Assembly (NCBI GenBank): GCA_963665275.2
Contig: CAXXIN010000007.1
Span: 608,001 to 672,000 of the forward strand
Reading direction: 5' to 3'
DNA from: Negativicutes bacterium
GTDB taxonomy: Bacteria > Bacillota > Negativicutes > UBA1444
DNA length: 64,000 nt
Shown: positions 10,661-21,784 of the stretch, in pieces
How the letters are laid out: each line of letters starts with the position of its first letter
Position numbering within the stretch: position 1 is the first letter of the stretch
The notes under the pieces: model-generated
The model's database searches: none
The model's input: the letters and a program-made list of their open reading frames with translations, nothing else
Told to the model about the DNA's origin: nothing
Made by a program: the position numbers and the translations under genes

Positions 10661-12454
10661 TCAGGCCTTCGACCTCTGAGACTGCTCGGCAAGATACCGC
10701 TTGATGTCCCGCAAAAACTCGGCGCCGTAGCGAGCCAGTTTGACTTCTCCGACTCCTTTGATTGTGCGCATTTGCTGCTCATTTTCCGGCATGTGTTCAC
10801 AGAGTTCCCTTAGCGTACTGTCCGCAAACACAACATACGGAGGCACCTTCTCCCGAACGGCGATTACCCTGCGAAGTTTGCGCAATTGCTCGAAGAGGGA
10901 ATCATCAGGCTGTACTGCTGCTTTAATTACCCGGCACTTCTGCCATACCTGCTCCTGGTCTTTCAGCACAGATCCCGCTTTGGGCGACAATTTCAGCACG
11001 GGATATTCGCCTTCAGTCAAATGAAGAAAGTTCTCCGCAACAAGAAAATTGATGGTATCTTTGATCTCCTGCAGACTATTGCCTTTCAGTATGCCGTATG
11101 TAGACAACTGATCAAATCTCCATTGCAATACTTTTTTGTTTTTCGATCCCTTCAGGACTTCAGCCACCAGAACCATTCCATAGCGCTCTTTCATCCGAAG
11201 AACGCAGGAAACGATCTTTTGCGCCGTCACAGTAATATCCGTCAAATTGCTGTCGTCGTTGCAATTACTGCAGTTCCCGCATGAATCGGGCGAATCATGT
11301 TCATCAAAATATTCCAGAATGAATTTTCGCAAACAACGCGGCGTATGACAGTAATCCACCATCGCTTGCAGCTTGTGATATTCGTTGCTTTTTCGCTCAG
11401 GGGACAATTCGTTTTGCTCAATCAGAAATTTTTGCAGCAATATGTCCTGGGCTGAAAAAAGCAGGATGCATTCACTGTTCTCGCCATCCCGCCCCGCCCG
11501 ACCGGCTTCTTGATAATAGGCTTCCATGTTCTTGGGCATGTTGTAATGGATTACATAACGGACATTGGATTTATCGATGCCCATGCCAAAGGCATTCGTG
11601 GCAACGATAACACTAATTTCATCGTAAATAAACGCTTCCTGGTTTTTAGTCCGCTCCGCGCCTCCCATGCCGGCATGATATTTGCCACAGGAATAGCCAC
11701 GGGCACGCAGCAATTCATGCAGGTGATCCACTTCTTTTCGGGTGGCGGCATAAATAATCCCTGACTTGTTCGGGTTGGCAGCGACATGCTTTAGCACAAC
11801 GTCCCGTTTGTTTTCACCGCGCAACACGCTAAAGGACAGATTCTCTCTGTCAAACCCGGTTACGAATATACTAGGTTGGATCAGAGATAACAGTGCCACA
11901 ATATCTCTTTGCACATCTTCCGTGGCGGTAGCGGTAAATGCGCCAATAACGGGTCGATGGCGCAGCTCGTTAATAAACGGGGCTATATTGCAGTAACTGG
12001 GGCGAAAATCGTGTCCCCATTGTGAAACGCAGTGTGCTTCATCAATTGCCACGAACGAAATCTGCAGCTTTTGCAGCAACGACTTGCTTTCTTCTGACTC
12101 CAGCCGTTCAGGCGCTACATACAATAGTTTGTATTCACCTCTCAGGGCTGCATTGATTCTACGAGCCACTTCATGGCCGGAAAGCGAACTGTTTATAAAA
12201 GTCGCCGCTATCCCCAACGCTCCTAATGAATCGACCTGGTCTTTCATCAAAGCGATCAGCGGAGAAATCACCAGGGTCACGCCGTCAAAGATCAATGCGG
12301 GAATTTGGAAACACAAAGACTTACCTGCTCCAGTAGGCATAATGACCATTGTGTCTTTCCCCTGCAAAACGCTGAGAATGATTTGTTCCTGTCCGGGTTT
12401 AAACTCCGCATAACCATAATATTTATTTAATAAATTCCGGGCTTGTTTTATCAT
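10661..12454 (-). CDS. recQ: ATP-dependent DNA helicase RecQ
   Basis: MPTGAGKSLC, DEAHCVSQWGHDFRP, YYQEAGRAGRDG, Zn-binding C..C.NC, C-terminal HRDC (VPPYVVFADSTL). Confidence 0.96.
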   Translation of the reverse strand: MIKQARNLLNKYYGYAEFKPGQEQIILSVLQGKDTMVIMPTGAGKSLCFQIPALIFDGVTLVISPLIALMKDQVDSLGALGIAATFINSSLSGHEVARRINAALRGEYKLLYVAPERLESEESKSLLQKLQISFVAIDEAHCVSQWGHDFRPSYCNIAPFINELRHRPVIGAFTATATEDVQRDIVALLSLIQPSIFVTGFDRENLSFSVLRGENKRDVVLKHVAANPNKSGIIYAATRKEVDHLHELLRARGYSCGKYHAGMGGAERTKNQEAFIYDEISVIVATNAFGMGIDKSNVRYVIHYNMPKNMEAYYQEAGRAGRDGENSECILLFSAQDILLQKFLIEQNELSPERKSNEYHKLQAMVDYCHTPRCLRKFILEYFDEHDSPDSCGNCSNCNDDSNLTDITVTAQKIVSCVLRMKERYGMVLVAEVLKGSKNKKVLQWRFDQLSTYGILKGNSLQEIKDTINFLVAENFLHLTEGEYPVLKLSPKAGSVLKDQEQVWQKCRVIKAAVQPDDSLFEQLRKLRRVIAVREKVPPYVVFADSTLRELCEHMPENEQQMRTIKGVGEVKLARYGAEFLRDIKRYLAEQSQRSKA

Positions 12455-12494
12455 GAACGCTCCCCTTTTCCCTGCGTATTTTTAAGGAAAACAG

Positions 12495-12532
12495 CAAAGA
12501 AGAAGCAGCCATCACCCTATAGGTTGGCTGCT
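12495..12532 (-). terminator. Probable intrinsic terminator of the his operon
   Basis: AGCAGCCA...TGGCTGCT inverted repeat followed by TCTTTG on the minus strand. Confidence 0.6.
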
Positions 12533-12561
12533 CACATACCATTGCTATTTTGGAATTTGAC

Positions 12562-13221
12562 CTACTTCAGCTTCGCCGGGTCCTGCGTCTTCCCGCTACG
12601 CCGCTTGTCCAGCTCCAGCAGCAACGCCTCGATATCGATGCCATGCCATGCTAACAATACCAGACAATGGTACCATAGATCCGCCATTTCGTAAATCACT
12701 TCGCCTCGACTGTTATTTTTCGAAGCAATGATCGTTTCTGCGGCTTCCTCGCCAACTTTCTTGAGAATTTTATCCTGGCCTTTCTCAAAAAGCAGATTGG
12801 TGTAGGAACCTTCTTTCGGGTTCTGGCGGCGGTCTTCAATCACTCCATACAGTCCCTGCAGAACTCCAGCGTAAGATTTCGGTCGATCAGTCACTGTCGA
12901 TTCACTCTCGCCAAACTTCCGGCTGAAGCAGGAAAAGGTTCCTTCGTGACACGCTGCCCCCGTTTGCTCAACTTTTACCAGCAAGGTATCTCCATCGCAG
13001 TCATAGAACATTTCTCTCACCTGCTGCACATGACCGGAAGTAGCGCCCTTATTCCACAGCTCTTGCCTGCTGCGGCTGTAAAACCAGGTTGTGCCGGTTT
13101 CGATCGTCTTGTTCAGAGAATCGCGGTTCATGTATGCCAGCATCAGAACGGTTCCTGTCTCCACATCCTGAACTATCGCCGGAACCAGGCCTTTTTCATC
13201 GAAACGGATTTTATCAAGCAT
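12562..13221 (-). CDS. hisIE: Bifunctional phosphoribosyl-AMP cyclohydrolase / phosphoribosyl-ATP pyrophosphatase
   Basis: [29 protein letters not shown]; [17 protein letters not shown]. Confidence 0.96.
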   Translation of the reverse strand: MLDKIRFDEKGLVPAIVQDVETGTVLMLAYMNRDSLNKTIETGTTWFYSRSRQELWNKGATSGHVQQVREMFYDCDGDTLLVKVEQTGAACHEGTFSCFSRKFGESESTVTDRPKSYAGVLQGLYGVIEDRRQNPKEGSYTNLLFEKGQDKILKKVGEEAAETIIASKNNSRGEVIYEMADLWYHCLVLLAWHGIDIEALLLELDKRRSGKTQDPAKLK

Positions 13222-13980
13222 CTATAATCGCACCTCGATTCCCTGATTTCGAAGAAATTCCTTGGTCTGCCGAATACTGAACTCGCCATAATGAAATACT
13301 GAAGCTGCCAATACCGCATCAGCTTTGCCCTGCGTTAAGGCATCAGCAAAATGTCGGAGCGTTCCCGCTCCGCCGGAAGCGATAACCGGCACCTCGACCA
13401 TTTCGGACACAGCCCGGTTCAGTTCATTGTCATAGCCGTCCTTCGTCCCGTCACAGTCCATGCTTGTCAACAAAATTTCTCCTGCGCCGAGATCTACACC
13501 CCGACGAATCCATTCCAATACATCAAGGCCGGTGGGAGTTCTTCCGCCATTGATGAATACTTCCCATTTTCCTGCCCCGCTGCGTTTCGCGTCAACCGCC
13601 AGTACGATGCACTGCCGGCCAAAACTCTTGGCACCTTCAGTGATCAGTCCCGGGTCTTTTACAGCTGCCGTATTTAGCGAAACCTTGTCCGCTCCCGCAT
13701 GCAGCATGGTCCGAATATCATCAACCGTTCGAATTCCGCCGCCGACAGTAAACGGAATGAATACCTGACTGGCAGTGCGCCTCACCACATCCACCATCGT
13801 GTTACGACCATCCGACGAAGCCGTAATATCAAGGAAAACCAGTTCATCCGCCATTTCAGCATCGTAGAACGCTGCCAGTTCCACGGGGTCACCAGCATCC
13901 CTGAGCGACACAAAATTGGTCCCCTTGACGACTCGCCCATTCTTCACATCCAAACAAGGAATGATACGCTTCGTATGCAT
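13222..13980 (-). CDS. hisF: Imidazole glycerol phosphate synthase cyclase subunit
   Basis: [34 protein letters not shown]. Confidence 0.97.
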   Translation of the reverse strand: MHTKRIIPCLDVKNGRVVKGTNFVSLRDAGDPVELAAFYDAEMADELVFLDITASSDGRNTMVDVVRRTASQVFIPFTVGGGIRTVDDIRTMLHAGADKVSLNTAAVKDPGLITEGAKSFGRQCIVLAVDAKRSGAGKWEVFINGGRTPTGLDVLEWIRRGVDLGAGEILLTSMDCDGTKDGYDNELNRAVSEMVEVPVIASGGAGTLRHFADALTQGKADAVLAASVFHYGEFSIRQTKEFLRNQGIEVRL

Positions 13981-14714
13981 TATACCGTTCCCTCCCGTGC
14001 TGCCCGCAGCGCGTCCGGCAGCGATATCGCTCCCGCATAAAGCGCCTTGCCGATGATGACTCCTTCGATGCCCTTCTGTGCCAGCGGTTGCAACGCCAAT
14101 ATATCTTCCATCCCCTTGACCCCGCCGGAAGCGATGACTGCCAACCCGGATTTTTCCGCCAGCTGCACAGTTGCGGGAATATTGACGCCGGTCAACATAC
14201 CGTCCCGTGAAATATCCGTGTAAATTATGCGTACCGCGCCAACTTCCTTCATTCGAAGCGCCAGTTCGTCGACCTGCATCAGACCCGACGTCTCCCAGCC
14301 ATCAACCGCTACTTCGCCGCCGCGTGCGTCGATACCGATGACGATCCGTTCCCCATATTCGGAGCAGACCTGCCGCACCAATTCAGGCGATCTGACTGCA
14401 ACCGAACCGAGAATCACGCGATGGATTCCAGATGCCAACACTTCCGCGACATTTTCTACCGTTCTGATTCCGCCGCCCAGTTGAATCTTAACCCCGAACG
14501 TCTTTGCAATTTCACTGACGACTTCCAGATTGACCGGCTTTCCAGCGCGTGCGCCGTCAAGATCTACGATGTGCAACCATTCGGTTCCTGCTTCAACCCA
14601 GCGGCGCGCTGCATCCATCGGTTTCTCTGCAAAAACAGTTTCCCGGTCAAAGCGGCCTTCTTCGAGGCGTACACACTTGCCGCCGCGTATATCAATCGCT
14701 GGAAAAATAATCAT
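13980..14714 (-). CDS. hisA: ProFAR isomerase
   Basis: [33 protein letters not shown]. Confidence 0.97.
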   Translation of the reverse strand: MIIFPAIDIRGGKCVRLEEGRFDRETVFAEKPMDAARRWVEAGTEWLHIVDLDGARAGKPVNLEVVSEIAKTFGVKIQLGGGIRTVENVAEVLASGIHRVILGSVAVRSPELVRQVCSEYGERIVIGIDARGGEVAVDGWETSGLMQVDELALRMKEVGAVRIIYTDISRDGMLTGVNIPATVQLAEKSGLAVIASGGVKGMEDILALQPLAQKGIEGVIIGKALYAGAISLPDALRAAREGTV

Positions 14715-15325
14715 GCTGACATCTCCCTGAAATTCGCCAAAATTTTCAAACCCACTGTACTTGATTTTTCCGGGTGAAACTGCACTGCCTGCACCAACCC
14801 TCTGCCCACAGCCGCCGTAACCGGTCCGCCGTAGTCGGTAACAGCGGTTACGAGTGTGGGATCCGTCGGCACTGCATGAAAACTGTGAACAAAATAAACG
14901 AACGCCGGATTGGGCAGACCTTCAAACAAAGGGCTTCCACCCCCGTATTCCAGGCTATTCCAGCCCATGTGGGGAATCTTGAGACCCGGCGCAATGATCT
15001 TGCGCACCATCCCCTTGAAAACGCCGAGTCCAGGAACTCCGGGGTCCTCCTCGCTGCCTTCGAACAAAAGCTGCAATCCCACACAGATACCCAGAAAAGG
15101 TTTCCCTGCGCCAATGACTTCGTGAATCACCGGAGCCAGCCCCCGATCGTTGAGATTCTTCATACAGTCACCAAAAGCGCCAACTCCCGGTAAAACGACT
15201 TTATCCGCCTGTAGGACTTCCTTCGGGTCGCGGGTCACTGTTACACAGGCGCCGATTTTTTCAAAGGCTTTGGCGGCGCTGTGCAAGTTTCCCATTCCAT
15301 AATCAATGATTGCAATTTTCACCAT
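14711..15325 (-). CDS. hisH: Imidazole glycerol phosphate synthase glutaminase subunit
   Basis: DYGMGNL, LGICVG, PHMGWN, QFHPEKS. Confidence 0.97.
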   Translation of the reverse strand: MVKIAIIDYGMGNLHSAAKAFEKIGACVTVTRDPKEVLQADKVVLPGVGAFGDCMKNLNDRGLAPVIHEVIGAGKPFLGICVGLQLLFEGSEEDPGVPGLGVFKGMVRKIIAPGLKIPHMGWNSLEYGGGSPLFEGLPNPAFVYFVHSFHAVPTDPTLVTAVTDYGGPVTAAVGRGLVQAVQFHPEKSSTVGLKILANFREMSA

Positions 15326-15337
15326 CGTATCGACTCC

Positions 15338-15949
15338 TTACAATGACCCTTTGCTTGAGGGAACTCCCAGCACCCGTGGGTCCTTTTCCAACGATTCCGC
15401 TATGGCGCGGCCCAGTGCTTTGAAAATCGCTTCCACAATATGATGGCGATTTTTGCCAGCCAGCATCCGCACATGCAGTGTCAACCCGGCATTCACTGCC
15501 AGGGCCCGCAAAAATTCCTCAACCATCTCAACGTCAAAATCCCCCAGGCGTCCCTGTCCGAGCTCGGCCTCGAAAGCGAGATAAGGACGTCCGCTGAAAT
15601 CCACCACGACCAACACCAGCGCTTCATCCATCGGTACATAAAACTGCCCATAACGCCGAATCCCCGCCTTGTCGCCTGTAGCCTGCGCCAGAACTTGACC
15701 CAGAACGATCCCTACATCTTCCGCCGTATGGTGACAATCAACTTCGAGATCGCCGCTCGCTTTGACCTCCAGCGTGAACAGCCCATGCTTGGCAAACAGC
15801 GTCAACATATGGTCTAAGAAGCCAATGCCCGTATTGATCCGAGATTCGCCGTCTCCATCGATATCGATCGAAACCTCCACATTGGTTTCCCGAGTCTGAC
15901 GTTTCACCAGTGCAGTCCGGCGTTGGGTCAAAGTGTCGATTTTCTCCAC
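15338..15949 (-). CDS. hisB: Imidazoleglycerol-phosphate dehydratase
   Basis: TGIGFLDHML, HHTAED, NRHHIVEAIFK, PSSKG. Confidence 0.97.
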   Translation of the reverse strand: MEKIDTLTQRRTALVKRQTRETNVEVSIDIDGDGESRINTGIGFLDHMLTLFAKHGLFTLEVKASGDLEVDCHHTAEDVGIVLGQVLAQATGDKAGIRRYGQFYVPMDEALVLVVVDFSGRPYLAFEAELGQGRLGDFDVEMVEEFLRALAVNAGLTLHVRMLAGKNRHHIVEAIFKALGRAIAESLEKDPRVLGVPSSKGSL

Positions 15950-15950
15950 G

Positions 15951-17024
15951 TTATCGCACCTCCTCTCCAGCTTTCAACTCATCATAATCCTTCAAACAAT
16001 CGTACACGCACATGGTTTCAACCGGATTGCCGATTGTGATCCGCAGGCATCCCTTCAACTCTGGGACATGCGAAAAGTTTCGTACGCCGATACTTTTGTT
16101 GATAAATAGTTTGTGCAACACATCCGGATCTGTTACCTTAACCATCAAAAAATTGGTTGCCGAAGGAAAAACCTGCACCGATCGCAGTTTGGCAACACGT
16201 TTTGACAAGCGATCCCGTCGTTGTACTGCTCTGCGCACTTCGATCATGACTTCGTCTCTTCCTGCAAAACACGCCTCGGCAGCCGCGAGCGAAAACGAAT
16301 TCATGTGATAAGGCAACAGTCGCTTGCCGATAGCCCTGTTGATTTCGGCTGATGCCAACAAGTAGCCCACTCGCGCTGTTGCCAGGCCGTAAGCTTTGGA
16401 AAAAGTCCTGACCACCATAAGATTCGGAAATTCGGCCAGCCAAGGGATGCAGGATTCCCCGTAATATTCCATATAGGCTTCATCCACTAGAACTGGACAA
16501 GGCGACTGTTCGATGATTTGCCGCAGATCCGCGGAAGGTGTTACTCCGCCTGTAGGATTGTTGGGATTGCACAAAATCAGCAACTTGGCGCCATTGTTCT
16601 TTGCAGCCTTTACCACCGTATCAACTGACAATTGAAACTTCTCATCCATTGGAATGGCTATCGTCGGCGAGTCAGCTATTGCCGCATAAATCGGGTACAT
16701 GGAAAAAGACGGCCATTGGTAGGCGATCAACCGCCCTGGTCCGCCAAAAGTGGCGCAAATAGCAGCGATTAACTCACTGGAGCCATTGCCGATAGAAACT
16801 TGGTCCACAGAAACTCCATATTCTTTCGCCAGCATTGCGCGCAGTTCAGTTGCTCCCATATCCGGATAGCGATGGGTTTCAATCTCGCACAACCGTTTTT
16901 GGATATTCTGTCTGACGGAACGCGGCAATTTTACCGAACGCTCATTCGCATCCAGCTTACTGATCCAGCGGGGCTCTTCACCGACCGAATAGGAAGGCAA
17001 TGCCTCCATTCCCAACCTATACAT
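15951..17024 (-). CDS. hisC: Histidinol-phosphate aminotransferase
   Basis: KLDANE, RYPD, CNPNNPTG, VDEAY, RTFSKAYGLA (PLP lysine); ATG 17024 after AGGAGG. Confidence 0.95.
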   Translation of the reverse strand: MYRLGMEALPSYSVGEEPRWISKLDANERSVKLPRSVRQNIQKRLCEIETHRYPDMGATELRAMLAKEYGVSVDQVSIGNGSSELIAAICATFGGPGRLIAYQWPSFSMYPIYAAIADSPTIAIPMDEKFQLSVDTVVKAAKNNGAKLLILCNPNNPTGGVTPSADLRQIIEQSPCPVLVDEAYMEYYGESCIPWLAEFPNLMVVRTFSKAYGLATARVGYLLASAEINRAIGKRLLPYHMNSFSLAAAEACFAGRDEVMIEVRRAVQRRDRLSKRVAKLRSVQVFPSATNFLMVKVTDPDVLHKLFINKSIGVRNFSHVPELKGCLRITIGNPVETMCVYDCLKDYDELKAGEEVR

Positions 17025-18372
17025 TCCATTCCCTCCTTGCATCTACAGCTCGCGCATGGGCTGTCAGCCCTTCCGCCTCTGCCAGCCTGATGATATCGGC
17101 GGCTACTGGAACCAGGTCCTCCGCAGTGTAGCAAATCACACTCGTTGTTTTCATGAACGTATCCACATTCAGCACGGAGGCATAGCGCGCAGTGCCGCCA
17201 GTCGGAAGCACATGACTCGGTCCGGCGAAATAATCTCCGAGCGGCTCTGGTGAAAAAGCTCCCAAAAAAATCGCCCCAGCGTGCCGAATCCTGGGCAGCA
17301 GGGCTTCAGGCGAAGCAGTCAGAATCTCCAGGTGTTCTGGCGCTGCGGCATTGACACAGCACACAGCCTGTTCCAAATCGCTGACAAGGAGGATCATTCC
17401 CTGCCGGTCAAGGGCAGTCTGCGCGGTTGCCGCCCGCGGTAGTTCCAATAGCTGGTTTTGCAGTTCTCTTTCCACCTGGGCCGCCAATTCGCCGCTGGCT
17501 GTTACCAATATGCTTGAAGCCAATTCATCGTGCTCCGCCTGGCTCAGCATGTCGGCCGCTATATAGGAGGCATCAGCTCTCGCGTCGGCAATAATCATGA
17601 TTTCACTCGGCCCGGCCAGCATGTCGATGTCGCAATACCCGTAAACGGCTTTCTTGGCCAAAGTCACGAAAAGATTGCCGGGACCGACTATTTTATCGAC
17701 CTTCGGTATGGTATCCGTCCCAAATGCCAGCGCGGCTATGGCCTGCGCGCCGCCAATCCTGAAAATACGGCTCACACCGGCGACTTCGGCTGCCGCCAGC
17801 ACCAGTGGATTGACCGAGCCATCCGGAGAAGGAGGAACCATCATCACGACTTCCCCCACCCCGGCCACTATCGCCGGAATTGCCGTCATCAAGACGGAGG
17901 AAGGGTAGGCGGCCGTTCCTCCCGGAACATAGATTCCCGCACGGTCCATTGGGGTACGTCGTTGCCCGACCCAGGAGTTTTTTCCACGTGAACTCGTCCA
18001 GGGCCGATCATTCTCTTTTTGTTCCTGGTGAAACCGGCGGACATTCTCCGCGGCTTTTTTCAAGGCACCTAACAATTCAGGCTGGATGCACGATATCGCA
18101 TGTTTTTTTTCCGCCAGAGTTACTTCCAGGCCAGATGGCGCGAGCGACACCCCGTCGATCTTTGCCATATATTCCAGAACCGCAGCGTCACCCCGCGTAC
18201 GGACATCACCAACAATTTTCTCCACCAGCTTGAGTGGTGACAACGCCTCCCCGAAGGTACGGAAGATCCGTTCACGGATCTTTTCACTGATGAGGACTTC
18301 ATCAAAAGCAGGTTTGGATAGGATTTCAATGATCTCTGCCTCGCCTGCAGCTCGCAGATCAATTCTCTTCAA
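17017..18372 (-). CDS. hisD: Histidinol dehydrogenase
   Basis: YVPGG, GGAQAIAALA.G, IDMLAGPSE, SQAEHD, PEHLE, HVLPTGG. Confidence 0.97.
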   Translation of the reverse strand: MKRIDLRAAGEAEIIEILSKPAFDEVLISEKIRERIFRTFGEALSPLKLVEKIVGDVRTRGDAAVLEYMAKIDGVSLAPSGLEVTLAEKKHAISCIQPELLGALKKAAENVRRFHQEQKENDRPWTSSRGKNSWVGQRRTPMDRAGIYVPGGTAAYPSSVLMTAIPAIVAGVGEVVMMVPPSPDGSVNPLVLAAAEVAGVSRIFRIGGAQAIAALAFGTDTIPKVDKIVGPGNLFVTLAKKAVYGYCDIDMLAGPSEIMIIADARADASYIAADMLSQAEHDELASSILVTASGELAAQVERELQNQLLELPRAATAQTALDRQGMILLVSDLEQAVCCVNAAAPEHLEILTASPEALLPRIRHAGAIFLGAFSPEPLGDYFAGPSHVLPTGGTARYASVLNVDTFMKTTSVICYTAEDLVPVAADIIRLAEAEGLTAHARAVDARREWNV

Positions 18373-19040
18373 GCGGGTTCCTCCCCTTTCAGCAACGTCC
18401 GTAATTCTTCCACCATCGTGTGGATGCGGTCAAATTTCATTTTGAAACTGACCCGATTGGCAATAAAACGGGCTGTGGCCCGATGCAGATGCGCCACTTC
18501 AATCAACCGGTTTTCTTTCAACGTCCGCCCGGTTTCGACGATATCCACAATCATCTCGGCCAACCCGACCATCGGCGCCAACTCGATCGAACCGTTAAGC
18601 TTGATGATCTCCATTTGGATTCCGTTGTCGAGAAAAAACTGTTCCGCCACACGCGGATATTTCGTCGCCACCCGCAAATGAGCATAGTCGCTCAGTTTCT
18701 CCCTGCGCAATGCTTCCGGAACCGCCAGCATCAGACGACAGAGCCCATAATTCAAGTCCAGCAATTCATAGACATTCTTCGATTCTTCCAGCAGAACATC
18801 CTTGCCGATGATGCCAATATCAGCAGCGCCGTATTCGACATAGGTCGGCAAATCCATCGGCTTGGTTATGACAAATTGAATTTTCTTTGCCGCGTTGACG
18901 ATCACCAGCTTGCGGGAATTTTCCGAAAGTCCCTCTGCAGCGTATCCAAAGCGCGCCAACATATCGGCCGATGGTTGGAAGAGTTTCCCTTTAGGCAAAG
19001 CGATGGTCAGCATATCTTTGTCGGGAGAAGTCACTTTCAT
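18369..19040 (-). CDS. hisG: ATP phosphoribosyltransferase, short form
   Basis: IALPKGKL, ATKYP, GSIELAP..GLA..IVDIVETGRTL; short form that needs HisZ. Confidence 0.96.
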   Translation of the reverse strand: MKVTSPDKDMLTIALPKGKLFQPSADMLARFGYAAEGLSENSRKLVIVNAAKKIQFVITKPMDLPTYVEYGAADIGIIGKDVLLEESKNVYELLDLNYGLCRLMLAVPEALRREKLSDYAHLRVATKYPRVAEQFFLDNGIQMEIIKLNGSIELAPMVGLAEMIVDIVETGRTLKENRLIEVAHLHRATARFIANRVSFKMKFDRIHTMVEELRTLLKGEEPA

Positions 19041-19062
19041 TCCTCCTGTATTCGAAGTAAAT

Positions 19063-19125
19063 TACTTTAGTTATTTAAAGCATTAACACGTTAATTATCG
19101 TATCATATTTTTTTTCGAGCGTCAA
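19063..19125 (-). promoter_or_regulatory. hisG promoter with HisR (YerC/TrpR-like) operator(s)
   Basis: Minus strand TTGACG (19125-19120)-17 bp-TACGAT with extended TG; palindrome TACTTTA-GTTATT-TAAAGCA (19063-19082) fits YACTTTA-N6-TAAAGTR; weaker second copy at 19079-19098. Confidence 0.8.
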
Positions 19126-19203
19126 TTATAGAATTCTTGTTCGCTGGCGTGGATCGATGCTTGGCGCGTGTCTCTTATTTTATGCTTTGCTTGTCAGTTT
19201 GGT

Positions 19204-19228
19204 AGGATTTTTCTTGCGCCTGAAGAAT
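19204..19228 (+). promoter_or_regulatory. sigma-H-like promoter
   Basis: AGGA-N14-GAAGAAT upstream of the dehydrogenase gene. Confidence 0.55.
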
Positions 19229-19270
19229 AGTATATTGGTAGTAATCATCCGTAAAAATAGGAGGAATATC

Positions 19271-20233
19271 ATGTCAGTTTCACCCAAAATTCTCATTCTC
19301 AATCCATTATCAGACCGGCAAAAAGGGTTCATCACTGCGGTCACACCGGATGCAACGATAGTTAGCACCGATATGGATCACATAGCAGACCAAATTAGCG
19401 ACGCAGAGATTCTGGTTGCTTGGGGAATGGACAACATCCAGCCTTTCTATGCGCAAGCCGGGAAGTTGCGCTGGATTCACGCGCTGACTGCAGGCGTGGA
19501 ATCTATCATCTTCCCCGAAACGCAAAACAGCTCCGTTCTGATCAGCAATTCCAAGGGTATCCATGGCATTCCCATGGCCGAACACGTCCTCGGCCTAATG
19601 CTCAGTTTCAGTCGGCGGCTGAATCTTTTCTATCGACAGCAGGCGCAACACCTCTGGAAGCGCCCGGCGATCCAAGATCTGCATGAAATCAATGGGAAAA
19701 CGTTGGCAATCGTCGGTCTTGGCTCCATCGGGCACGAAATCGCCAAAAAAGCCAAGGCTATGGATATGCATGTAATCGCTGCCAAACGGGAAATGACGCA
19801 GGAGCCATTCGTAGACCGTCTATATCGTCCCGAACAGCTCCTGGAAATGTTATCTCAGGCTGATTTTGTCGTTGTCACATTACCACTCACAGATGCAACC
19901 AGAAACCTCTTTGGCCGCGAACAGTTTGCAGCCATGAAACCAACGGCTTATTTTATCAACGTTTCCCGCGGCGGGGTCGTCCAGGAAGATCAGCTGGTTG
20001 CGGCATTGAAGGAGAATATAATTGCCGGCGCCGGACTGGATGTGTTCGTGCAGGAACCGTTGCCCGAATCCAGTCCATTCTGGGATTTACCCAACGTCAT
20101 CGTCACGCCGCACTTGTCCGCCATTTCTCCCGTCTATCTAGACCGCGCCCTGCAACTCTTCGCCAAGAATCTCGCCCATTATCTTGAAGGTACCCCCCTG
20201 CCGACTCTAATCGACAAGGAACGGGGCTACTAA
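19271..20233 (+). CDS. D-2-hydroxyacid dehydrogenase (NAD(P)-binding)
   Basis: ATG 19271 after AGGAGG; GLGSIG Rossmann motif, INVSRG, GLDVF..EPLP, TPH. Confidence 0.92.
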   Translation: MSVSPKILILNPLSDRQKGFITAVTPDATIVSTDMDHIADQISDAEILVAWGMDNIQPFYAQAGKLRWIHALTAGVESIIFPETQNSSVLISNSKGIHGIPMAEHVLGLMLSFSRRLNLFYRQQAQHLWKRPAIQDLHEINGKTLAIVGLGSIGHEIAKKAKAMDMHVIAAKREMTQEPFVDRLYRPEQLLEMLSQADFVVVTLPLTDATRNLFGREQFAAMKPTAYFINVSRGGVVQEDQLVAALKENIIAGAGLDVFVQEPLPESSPFWDLPNVIVTPHLSAISPVYLDRALQLFAKNLAHYLEGTPLPTLIDKERGY

Positions 20234-21414
20234 GAAATATATATGCACCGGCTGCAGTCCCGCTGTTTGCTAGATGCTTCCGCTTCTGCCGACGTTTGGG
20301 GCTGCAGCCCGATTTCGGCAACCTGACCGAGAGCGCGCAGGCGTTTGACTTCGGCGATTGCATTCGTCAGTTTTCCTTCTGCCCATCCAATATACAGGCT
20401 GCGGGAAGGTTCAACGGCATCCAGCCCTTGTCTTTCCAACGCCAGCAAGACTCGCTCAATCCCCATTGCAAAACCGGTTGCTGGCTGCTCCCGGCCAAAG
20501 GCTCCCGCCATTCTGTCGTAGCGACCGCCGCCGCAGATCGGGTATCCCAGACCGGAAGTATACGTTTCAAACACCATCCCGGTGTAATAATCAAAATCGC
20601 GGATGATTCCCAGATCAAACATAACGTAACGATCGATTCCGTAGTTTTCTAGCAAACTATAAATTTCAGCCAGGTTGTCCAAAGCGGCCTGGCTGATTTT
20701 ATTTTTTACCCGACTCCGTACTTCCTGCAACATGTCCATTTTTCCGTGCAGCATCGGCAGCTGCTGCAGCAGCTCACGAATCCCCGCCTCCATCTGGCAT
20801 TCCTCAAGCAACTCCGCCAGTCCGACCATATTCCGTGCAATCAGCGCCTGCTTGACCTTGCGCCCCATCGCGTCATCCAATCCAGCCTCGGCCATAATGC
20901 CGCTGATGAAATCCACCTGCCCCAGGCAGACCTGGAAATCAACCAATCCGGCTGCGAGCTGCGATTCCACAGATAATGCCACCACTTCAGCGTCAGCAGC
21001 CACGCCACCGGCGCCAAGCAGTTCGACCCCGGCCTGATAAAATTCACACTGGCGGCCCGTCTGGGCATCTTCCTGCCGGAACACGTTGGCCAAATAGAAC
21101 AGCCGCAGCGGCAGAGGACTGTCCTTCATTCGCATCACCGCCACCCGGGCGATGGGCGTTGTCATATCAGGCCGCAGCGCCAGCATACGCCCATTCCGAT
21201 CGAAGAAGCGAAAGGCGGAGTCGTCAGCCGCTTCCGGCGCTCCGGCCTTGAGAGTCTCATGGTATTCAAAAGTCGGAGTTACAACTTCCCGATATCCCCA
21301 ATTCAAAAATAGTCTGGCCAGCTCGTTCTCCACGGTCCGCTTCCGAGCCGCGTCCACCGGCAATATGTCCTTGGTCCCGTAAGGGACCTGCGGAATGAAC
21401 TCTTGTCGTGCCAT
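20230..21414 (-). CDS. hisZ: ATP phosphoribosyltransferase regulatory subunit
   Basis: HisRS-like: PYGTKD, LRPDMTTPIAR, EFYQAGVEL, YYTG..F, GGGRYD. Confidence 0.95.
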   Translation of the reverse strand: MARQEFIPQVPYGTKDILPVDAARKRTVENELARLFLNWGYREVVTPTFEYHETLKAGAPEAADDSAFRFFDRNGRMLALRPDMTTPIARVAVMRMKDSPLPLRLFYLANVFRQEDAQTGRQCEFYQAGVELLGAGGVAADAEVVALSVESQLAAGLVDFQVCLGQVDFISGIMAEAGLDDAMGRKVKQALIARNMVGLAELLEECQMEAGIRELLQQLPMLHGKMDMLQEVRSRVKNKISQAALDNLAEIYSLLENYGIDRYVMFDLGIIRDFDYYTGMVFETYTSGLGYPICGGGRYDRMAGAFGREQPATGFAMGIERVLLALERQGLDAVEPSRSLYIGWAEGKLTNAIAEVKRLRALGQVAEIGLQPQTSAEAEASSKQRDCSRCIYIS

Positions 21415-21417
21415 GGT

Positions 21418-21753
21418 TTATTTTCCCGCCTTTATTTTTTCTTTTTTCACAACCACCTCGGATGCGCCAAACCGGTCCAATGCGATTTTGTAGCCATCGG
21501 CTCCGTAAAGCAGACACCGCTTCACCCGACTAATGGTCGCAGTGCTGGCGCCAGTCCGCTCCACAATGTCATCATAAATATAACCAGCCTGTACCATGCG
21601 CGCAACTTCAAGCCGTTGGGCCAACGCCTTGATTTCTCCAATGGTGCAGATATCTTCAAAAAACTGGTAGCATTCTTCTTCGTTTTCCATGAGCATAATA
21701 GCTTTGAATAGCTGATCTGTTAGTGGATCCTTCAGTTTTGGATTTGCCGGCAT
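21418..21753 (-). CDS. yerC: TrpR-like YerC/YecD regulator (probable HisR)
   Basis: FFEDICT..E..ALAQRLEVA, TGASTATISRVKRCL.YG.DGY signature. Confidence 0.92.
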   Translation of the reverse strand: MPANPKLKDPLTDQLFKAIMLMENEEECYQFFEDICTIGEIKALAQRLEVARMVQAGYIYDDIVERTGASTATISRVKRCLLYGADGYKIALDRFGASEVVVKKEKIKAGK

Positions 21754-21784
21754 ATTTTCGCCCCCCTGTCGCATTGTGAAATGA